In this document: positions 50,053 to 64,000 of the stretch, piece by piece | Numbering within the stretch: position 1 is the first letter of the stretch | Layout of the letters: each line of letters starts with the position of its first letter | From: Entomortierella parvispora E1425 | Taxonomy: Eukaryota; Fungi; Mortierellomycota | Reading direction: 5' to 3' | NCBI GenBank assembly: GCA_020891255.1 | Contig: BQFW01000012.1 | Span: forward strand, 1,488,001-1,552,000 | Length of the DNA: 64,000 nucleotides | Notes under the pieces: generated by a model | Databases searched by the model: none | What the model saw: only the letters and a program-made list of their open reading frames with translations | Told to the model about the DNA's origin: nothing | Made by a program: the position numbers and the translations under genes

Positions 50053-52476
50053 TTACCTCAGTCGTTGCTTGTTAGCGCGCCAGCCACCAGAATTGGCCGC
50101 AAGGCTTTGCATCTGTGCCCTGGCTGTCGCTTGATCGATGGGCTTTAGTAACTCAAAGCTACAAAGCAGTTCTTCGCTGACGCTCATGACGGCCCCAAAA
50201 TTGTCAAACTCCCCACAGTAGTTTGGCGCTGAAAAGACCGTGACCAGTGTCCTGTCGTTGAAAAACTCATATCCGTCTTCAACTACCATATGTGCTCGAC
50301 AGACGAGATCAAAATCGTGCTTGTTTAGAAACTTTTGAATGATGCTCCGCCCAAAGCAATACGAAACGCCGCGCTCATTGTCTTCCCAGTCCAATGCGGT
50401 TTCCGATGGGTCCGACCACAGTAAATCATTCAGTAAACCATAGTCCGGAACATCTGTCGGTCGTCGAAGAGCTCGAATGTCATCCATTGTTCCAAGATTC
50501 GGTGATAGTCCACCATGTACACAAAAGATCTTGTTGGCAACAATTGCTGCCAGAGGCAAGCAATTGAAGACATCCACAAAAGCCTTCCACATCTTTACTG
50601 TCGTCCTTCGCTTGCACTCATCATAGAATCCGTAAACTAACGTTAAGGACGTCAAAAGGTAGGGAAAAGTTTAGCAAGTATTCACCACGGCTCTTATCAA
50701 TCCCCCAGTCTTACAAGCCCTCTCCTGCGCGCGGGTCTATTTTTTGCTTTCTCTAGATTCGCTCCAGGTATCACCGTCGTTTCAGCAGCCCCCACTTGTC
50801 GCGATCTCTCTTGAAATCTAATAAACACTTTCGCTCAACTCATTACCTTTCGTGACATTGGCGCATTCGTGGTTGCCGCGCAGCAAGAAAAAGTTTTCGG
50901 GGTACTTGATTTTGTAGCAGAACAATAGTAGGATCGTCTCCAGACTCATCTTTCCGCGATCAACGTAGTCACCGAGGAACAGGAAGTTGGCCGAGGGTGG
51001 AAAGCCACACATTTCGAACATTCGCAGCAAATCCGTGTACTGTCCGTGAATATCGCCCACAATCTTGACAGGTGCATTGAGCTCGATCAGAGTTGGTTGA
51101 GAGAGGAACACTTCCCTGGCCTGCTGGCAAATAAACACAATCTCCTTGTTTGAGAGGCAAATGCTCTTGGAAACCTTTCCAGAATACCCAGCATCGAGTA
51201 GTCTCGAAATGAGGTCGTCGAGGTCCATACCCTTGTTGTTTTTGTCTGTTGTCGCTCCCAGGAAGGGGATACGGGATGTAGGTGAGAGCTCCAGTGACCT
51301 TGCGCCATTCCCAGGTGCCTTGGGTGAGAGCGGAGGCGATTTAGAATAGGAGGATGAGGTGCCGTTTGCTGGGATAGTCAGGGGTGTCAGAGTGGGCCGC
51401 TTGATGAGGATGGGCTCGCCTGGCTCCAAGACTGCAAACGGGATACTGGGCTCTGGAGGAGGTGATGCTTGTGCCTGTGATTGTTGTCCCTCCTCTGTGG
51501 ACTCCTCCAGCGAACCGGGCTCCTCTGCACCACTTTTATTGCTTGTTAACCTGTCTGACTGAGAGTGAGATTGCTGTTGATCATCGTGGCCATTTTGCAC
51601 TACACCGAGGCTTTCGTCGTTGCTGTTTTCGACAATATTACCGCCACGGTTTCCAAAGACATTGTTCTTAATGTGGTCATAGTGCTCCTGCATCGATTTT
51701 TGTGACGCTGTGGAGCCATTGTGTAGTTGGCTCTCACTACCTTGGTTTGAGACCGGTGTGGCTGTGGCTGTGGCTAAGGTTGTGGTAGTGGCCGGTGCGG
51801 CTGCCCCTGTGGCAACGGCGGACAGTGGGGTAAGATGAGCTAGTCCGTTTTGGCCACTGATGGTGGACGATCCATTAGCCCTCGCCGGAACGTCTGGTCC
51901 TGCAGGTCGCTGTTGGTATTGGCTAGGCTGATGTTGAGTATAATGGTGACCACTCTCGTATGTGTGGGCCTGTGGTGGTGGCTGGATCATGTCACTGCCA
52001 ACAAGCGAAGACTTTAGTCGTTGAGACGAATCCTGGCTTTGGCTCTGAAGAAATGTTCCAGACGCGACCGAAGCATCGACTTGCACTGGGATACCCTCGC
52101 CAGCGGCCGAGGTTGTCGTGCGAGAAAACGAGGTGAGTAAGGATGCGGGACTAGGGCTGCTCGAGTGGCTGCTGTTGCCACTATTCAAGTGACGAGACTC
52201 TTGCGAAGGTCGGTCAGGATGAGAACAGGGCTGTGGAGCAGCAAGGGCAGCTACATTGGTCTCGCTGGAGATGGCCAGAACTCCATTGGCATTGGATTTG
52301 ATGCTCTTGGCAGGGATGGGGTCAAGTGTCTTTGTGAGCGATGCAGGGTCCTGAGAGAGGATAGTTGCTCCAGTAGGGGTCGTGCTCACTGGCGAGCCCC
52401 GGCCACCCTTCGGACTCGAGCGTTTCGGCGTGGACGCAGACGACGGGGCGGAGGTGGTGCTTGCCTGGTTCCCCAT
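50053..52476 (-). CDS. PPZ1: PPZ-type (PP1-like) Ser/Thr phosphatase with long N-terminal extension; exons 52476-50847, 50636-50057, probable short final exon beyond
   Basis: MGNQAS myristoylation-type start. [36 protein letters not shown]. Confidence 0.9.
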
Positions 52477-53854
52477 GTGCGCGTGTGGCTAGCTGACTTG
52501 GAAATGTGGGAAGCGGGGGTGGGGGGGAAAGCAAAAGCGGAATAAGGTGTGCGGGGAGGGCCGAATGGTGGAATGTAAACCTGCAGGAATGGGCGGCGGA
52601 ACGAGTGAATCACGACAGTGGTGGCTAAGAAAGGTATAGAAGGAGGTATGTAGGGAAGGAAGGAAAGAAAGACGATAGGTAGGTAAGCGTGTCGACGAGC
52701 AGGACACGGGCAAACGCAAAGGATGCAATAGGACAATAAAAAAAAAGAGAGGGGACGGTGAAGGAGAGCAAGCAATTGAAGGAAAAACGAAGGCAAGGAT
52801 GGGAAGGGAAGCAGGAAAGAAAGCAAACAAGCAAGGAAAAGGAAGAGGTCCGCCCTTCTCTCTCTCCACACAGAGCATCGAGGCCGTCCGGGCCTCTCTG
52901 TCGTCTGGCCACAGGCCGCTGCCCCCTCGTCTGTTCGTCTCGTGAGTTTTGAAGGCAGGGGACAGGACAGGGTGCGTTTGTTGGTTTGTGTTGTTGTTTT
53001 GTTTGTGCGCACATTTCAGATTTGTGTTTTCGGTGTCGAGTGGGCCAGGTTGGCCGCTGGCATCGTCTCTCGTCATTGCTCTTGCCACTGTCTCTGCTAT
53101 GTCATCGTGCCCTTGCTACCTCACTCACGCTTCTCCCCAGTGGCATGGTGGAATGGCTAGGGATGACTGGCCTCAGGGGGGCTAGGGGAAAAGACAGGAT
53201 TCCATCTTTCAGGAACCGAGCCCTTTGGTCAAGGAAACCTATTCAGATCAAGATGACTGACGACGACGATTCTTCTCTTCATCCGCTTACGCTGTTTTTT
53301 AATGAGCGCGTGCCCAAGTACATCCGCTCTTTCCTTTCCTTCGTTAGCATCGTTTTCTAGTTTTGGACAGTGCACCAATCGCAAGATCGATTATGGGCGT
53401 GCTCATCCCACCAGTCTTTGTCACCAAGAATGCACGAACCACACTGGGACGTGATTCATACAATTCTTTTTCATCACCTCCAGCTGCCAGCAAGCTGATT
53501 ATACTCTCAAACTTGCTCTGACTTTATCGGATCTGAACGAAATGGACTCTGGCAGGGGTGACCAAAACAGACACCCAGTCTGTCTGTTCCTCGGGCGACC
53601 TGTGCGCACAAGTATCAGGACACCAGTGATTGGTTTTTTCATTTGCGCCCTGTTGTCCTCCAGAGGTCATCCCACAACCATGGTTGTACAAAAAAAAACC
53701 TAATAATAAATCATAAATAAATTATTCAATCAAATTATATTTTATTCTAGACATTGATGTGGCTTTGCACTCAACTGCTCTTGGGTTGATCCTCGCAGCG
53801 AGGCGATGTTTGGCTGGTTGACCCAGGAACACAGCACAAAAGGAAGCAGAAGAC

Positions 53855-54349
53855 ATGTCAACACCGTCGCAACAAGCTCCTCCTCATCTGATTCAGCGCA
53901 TGCAGGAGAAAGAACAAGAGTTGGAACAACTCTTGATCCTACGCCAGCTTGCGACCCATCTCCAAACCCATTTTGATGAGCTTTCCGATAAATTCGATGG
54001 ATTGGTGCAAGGCAATCAAGGTAATTATAATTGAGCCAACGATACATCTTGGTATTGCCAATGAAGAGGTAGCTCCGACCTGTTCTTTGTATTTATCGTA
54101 GCTGCCGTTTCTCACTGTATCCTGCCCTTTCTTCCCATAGCCGTGTCAAAGGTGTTGGAGAACTGGTCAGACGTTTTCCGTACTATCAACATGACGGGTA
54201 GAGACAAACGAAGACGCGTCATTGTATGAAGAGTCTGCTCCCGAACGTCTGGACTAATCTTTCCCTCTTGGCAAATAGATAACTACGCGTCTCAAGATCA
54301 GGAAGGGGAGCAGGATCGATCATCTCTGGTGAGAATTCCAATCGTATAG
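53855..54349 (+). CDS. DAD2: DASH/Dam1 complex subunit Dad2, 97 aa; exons 53855-54020, 54141-54197, 54279-54349 (absent from the ORF track)
   Basis: Spliced translation MSTPSQQAPPHLIQRMQEKEQELEQLLILRQLATHLQTHFDELSDKFDGLVQGNQAVSKVLENWSDVFRTINMT...SLVRIPIV. The EK-ELE-L coiled coil, 'VL-NW' and C-terminal 'LVRIP' match Dad2. Confidence 0.8.
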
Positions 54350-54575
54350 GGAGCCCGACTTTAGCCAATATCTCAAGATCAATTCTATGTCCTGGAGCAA
54401 AGTAGCCTTCAACATTGAAAATATACCCGCAAAGCCTGCTTCAAAGATGTACAGTTTGTGTATTGAAGAATTGGCGAGTACAATTATGCGAAAGTGACGG
54501 AGCACGTTGTGGAAAGCAAGTAATAAAACAGGGGAAAGGAGACAAAAAGGATATCGACTTGACTTGCTTCATTCT

Positions 54576-55864
54576 TCAAGTCAAAGCATCGTACTGAGCC
54601 TTCTCGATCTTGTAAGCCTCCATAGCGACTCTGTTGCGCTCGGTGTAAACAGCCTTGTCGGCATCAGAGACCTTGCTCCAGGCATCAGCAAAGGCTTTCG
54701 ACTGCTCCTTGAGCGACAAGTGGGCGAACTGGCCCGACTCACGGAGATCCTTGGCATACAAAAAGAAGTTGCTGAGAGGGCGCTTAGGAGCGTTGGGGTC
54801 CTTGAGTGGGGGAAGGCCCTTGCGACCAGACTCTCTCAAGGCAGCACGACGCTGGTTCTCGAGCTTGTACTCTGCTGGGGTCAACTCATCCAAGCGATCC
54901 TTTGTGTTCTGCTTGAAAGCGGCAAAGTTGGCCTTGTATTGGTCTTGGTAGACCTGCGGAAGAGAGAAGGAAGGAATGATGAATAAGAAAAGAGTCAACA
55001 TATCGCGACAGAAATAGCTCGTTGAATATCCTTCAGCCACGCTTTACCTGCTTCTCGCTATCGGGAAGGTTCTTCCAGAGCTCGGCGGCAATGGCACCCT
55101 CGACGGTGGGCACAACAGGCTTGCCAGAGGCCTTGACCTTCTCCATATGCTCTCTGAAGAACATGTTCCAGGAAGTACCGGGGCGCTTAGGCATATCCAC
55201 AGCGGTGACTATGGGTAAAAGGCAAGTTTGGACCTTAGCAATTAGCTTCTTGTTCCGAGGACGGCCTCTGACCACAGGAAACAAGCCCGTAGCAGGGCAG
55301 AAAACAATTCGTCCAGTCCCCTATGGGTTGTCACTTGGAGCAATCCACTAGGTCCACTGATAAGCACAATTTTTTTCCCGCCAAACGCGTTCTCGTTGGC
55401 ATGTTCCCAACGGCTTTTTCGTTTTCGGAGGCGTAAAAAAAACGCGAAAAAAACAAAGAAGTGAAAAAGATAAACAAGTTCCCTCTTGTTCAAAATTGAA
55501 CAAGATTTTCCCCAGAATTGATCAATCACAAAAGAGCATGAAAAGCCTCAAGATGAGAAAAGACGAGATGTGGGGATCATGAAAGACGCATTGATCATGT
55601 CGCGCGAGATCACGACCAAAGGAGGAATGAAGAAGCGGGAACGGGGGATGAAGATGATGGGATGAAGGTAGGGATGAAGAAAGGGATGGATGGTCGAGCG
55701 AGGGATGGATGGATGGAGAAAGAGGAGGGCAGTGCGGGAGCGCGAGGGGATGAGGTGCAGATGAAGAGCACGCGGATGGTGGTGGACTTACTCTTCTTTG
55801 GCTTCTGCTCCTTCTTGGGGGCCTTGGCCTTTGGCTCCTTGACTTCTTTTGCGACCTTGGGCAT
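54576..55864 (-). CDS. Tandem HMG-box protein; exons 55864-55792, 55208-55048, 54953-54576
   Basis: MPKVAKEVKEPKAK...KITAVDMPKRPGTSWNMF...LWKNLPDSEKQVY and DPNAPKRPLSNFFLY...AWSKVSDADKAVY. Introns are phase-compatible. Confidence 0.88.
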
Positions 55865-58773
55865 GTTTTGTATGTAAAAAGTAGGTGGGAGTGGAGGTGA
55901 GTGTGTGGTGGGTAAAGGGGGAAAAGAACGCAAGAAATGAATGTAACAAAAGACAGGCGCTGAAATACCCTTTGCTTGGGGGGAGGGGAAGCGAAAATTT
56001 CTTTTTCCTGTTGGCTGGCTGTCACACGGGGTTGGAGCGGCTGACCGGACCGCGCTGTGTTTGTGCTCTCAGACGTGCGAGAATTCTTTTTGGGGGCTTG
56101 GTGCGCCTATTTTTTTTATTGTTTTTTTGCACGGGTCCAGAGCAGGAGGCAGGAAGAAAAGTGGTCACGTGATGAGTGCGCCACCAACAGAGGCGCATGT
56201 CACGACTATGAGCCACGGCAAGTTCCAAAGGCGCCATATTCAAAGCACGCGAAGAACGCGTGTTGTAACTTGCGTATCCATATAGCAACGCTCAACACCA
56301 AGCACGAATAAGTCGCGTATCAAAAAAAAAAAAAGGCCATGCTCAATTTCAGACCACCCAAGCTTCCTAGGGTCAGGACAAAGGGATCACGCTTCCTCTC
56401 GTCATCCAGTCCAGATTTGACAAACTTGGCTAGAAGTCGAAGAAGAGTAGATTGCACAGTCGTTCATTCCATTCGATAGCACCGTCAGACTCTTTCGGTC
56501 GTGCAATGATTCCCTGCCTCTCTGGAACTTTTGGAAACTCGTGTCTATCGTCCATGAAGCCACCAAGGCTGCGTCCAATCCTGACCTTGAACTGGGACGC
56601 CCCTTCCCCCCACATCTTGATCTATCCGGGGTTCAACTATCCTCAGCGGATGACTTCGGTTGAACGACTGCTCTCTGTCTCAGCCGTGAATGTTATAGAG
56701 TCCATTTGACAGGCACTCATGGGTCAATCTCTTTCTTTTTCTTGTTTGTTTGCTCAAGTTATTTCATCCCTCTCCTTTCTGCAACCACTTAAACACCCCC
56801 TGCTCTTGGTAACGTTGCACACTTTTCTGACCAACAGCCATCTCATCAGACTTACCCATCTATCGAGCGCGTCGAGTGCTCATCTCCGCAAGTAAGTGTT
56901 GACTGTAGCTCTATTTGTTTTTTGTAGTGTCGACTGTTGCGGGGGATTTCTGGGTCGTTTTTTTGACTGTAGGGACAGTAATAGTCATGATCTCATTTGC
57001 ATCTTTACACTTTGTCCTTCATCACTATTGCCATTGATCTATCCCTCAAGTGAGTGTAGACGCTTTATTTCTTGAGGGCCGTAGGTTCTTTCTTGTATAC
57101 CGAGGAGGTGTGTTCACAGGAAGCATCCATGCACTCCTGATATCCTCTTGATCGTAAACATTTATCTGGGAGCTTATATAATGTGAGCAGCATCGAGGTG
57201 ATTTTGCGTGCTATGGTAGAGCCGGGGCACCACTTTCATCCATTCATCTCCATCAAAAGGTGCTGGTTGTTTGGGGTCTGTCCGGAGCGCCACGAAGAAA
57301 TGATCGGGCATAGTGGAACTTTTGGTCTTGGAGCGTCATGTAGTATTCATTCCGCCCATTCCAATTTGACCTTACTCATTGTTCTCATGGCTTCTATTTC
57401 GGGCAAAGAGGACCCTTCTCTCCCTCTCGCACCACCTCTGTCAGTCTCCAACCACACTGCGGACACGCTGGAACACCCTTTTTCAATGGCGCGTTCCTTG
57501 TTGATATCGTGTGCCTTTTTTGAGATGCGTACAGAGGTTGCCATGTTGTTGTTAATGTTTTGTTTTTTTCATATCCCTGTGGTGGTCTCGGCGGTGGTGG
57601 TGTTGGCGGTCGTCGTGATGGCATTCTTCCCGTCCTCCATCTCTCTCGGTTCCTGGTGAACCACCTTCCTTTTCTCCCGTCTGGAGAGTTGTTTCTCGCA
57701 GTGCTAAAAAAATCAACAATCATCTCTGATTGCTACATTATTATTTTCGCCTTCGCGCAACCCAAAGGTCGGACCACGCCGTCGGCTGATCAGCACACAC
57801 AAACATACTTAAGCATCAGCCTGAACTGCAGCCAGACTATTACGACAATTCAGTCGAGCTATCTGCCCGTTTGTTAGTGTCCCTCCTCTAGATTACTCCA
57901 AAGCAACAATTGACCATGGCCCAAGTTGTTGACAATTCGTCCTCGTTCTCCATAACAACAGGCACACACACAAACACACACACACACACAGAGAGAGACA
58001 CGCACACAGAACACACAAAGATGCACACACATCCACCACACGCACAGTGAGGTGCTCCCACATGCCATGCACCCCTTCCTCTGTTTGAGTTCGTTTTTGG
58101 ACACACTGTCGCATATGCACCTTGCCGCTACACCGGATTTTATTATGAAGACAGATCCGATCTACCCCTTCTCCACCCCCCTCCTCGTCCCCCTTCATCG
58201 TCAATGGCAACAGGCAATACCCAATGTCATTGGCACGACATGATCTGCATCCCCCACATCGACTGCAAGGATAGATGAAGAATTACACCTACAACAGCCA
58301 CCAGTTGCTGGAACGAACAAAAGGGTCCTCTTTGCTGACACGCTTCTTTTTTTCTTTCTCTTCCACTCTACTCACTCCCTCATCTGATAGATTACCATCT
58401 GTCATTGAACAGACCTTGGATTCAATTCTATCTATCGAATAATCGTTGGCAATTTTGTTCGACCGCCAATCCCTTTCACCAACTGCGACGTCGCTGTAAC
58501 GCACCCCGGAAATCGATTGTCCACTCAGGCACCTTTTTTTTTTTTCGACCATCATCCATCTCTTTTTAATCTCTTCTTCTCCTTAGTTTTTCTCGTCTCC
58601 TTCCTCCCTTTTCCCTCCTTTTCCCTCATCATTTCTATTCTCACTCCTCTTCTTCGGCTCACTGACTTTTTCTTGATTCCGAAAAAGAAAAGAGTTCACT
58701 ATTATCCTTCTTTTCACGCTTTCCCTACTTTATCACTTCTTTAATCCTACTCTTCCTTATTACCAATCCGACA

Positions 58774-63747
<4,974 letters not shown>

Positions 63748-64000
63748 ACGGAAAAGTCACATCATTGAAGACCAATAATTTATAGAATAGACAGAAAGGA
63801 AAATGAGGATCGTCTTTCAGAATGAAAGAGGATTGCCTCCACACCATCTGACAATAAATAAACAGACAACAAACAAGTCGAGAAGGGGATTGAACCCCCG
63901 TTTTTTGTTGAGCTTGAAAACTAGACTGGGTCTTGCTACAGAGGGATACGTTTTGCTCCTTTTCAAAGAGCAAGATGGAGGACATTTAGATCCAAAGGTT

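Noticed and set aside
55209-55791. 583-bp HMG intron as host of a snoRNA or an alternative mitochondrial-targeting exon
   Set aside because: No paired C/D boxes with terminal stem found; the LFSALLRAC frame has no ATG and ends in a stop.

Overview
This is intron-rich fungal genomic DNA; the gene families and style suggest Mortierellaceae/Mucoromycota (inference). The first ~21 kb is an accessory region. A near-identical direct repeat (window start-3948 and 17641-21413, carrying most of an MFS transporter gene) brackets a ~12.7-kb island. The island holds a PD-(D/E)xK-type nuclease gene, a SWIM-finger (MULE-like) transposase fragment, a Crinkler (CRN) NTPase+REase pseudogene and, most notably, a ~1360-codon five-exon gene. 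That gene fuses an N-terminal XPG/FEN1-type (PIN) nuclease with an intact-looking active site to a C-terminal Fanzor/TnpB-like RuvC-zinc-finger module whose RuvC-III Asp reads Asn. One repeat copy carries a 174-bp foldback (MITE-like) insert absent from the other. The rest is ordinary core genome: an ~8-kb microsatellite-rich intergenic tract, a FlbC-like C2H2 transcription factor, a Cys-rich single-pass membrane protein, bioF, DIS3/RRP44, SOG2, a C2-domain protein, a PPZ-type phosphatase, DAD2, a two-box HMG protein and a Gin4/Hsl1/BRSK-type kinase. All assignments come from motif reading by eye; no database searches were run.
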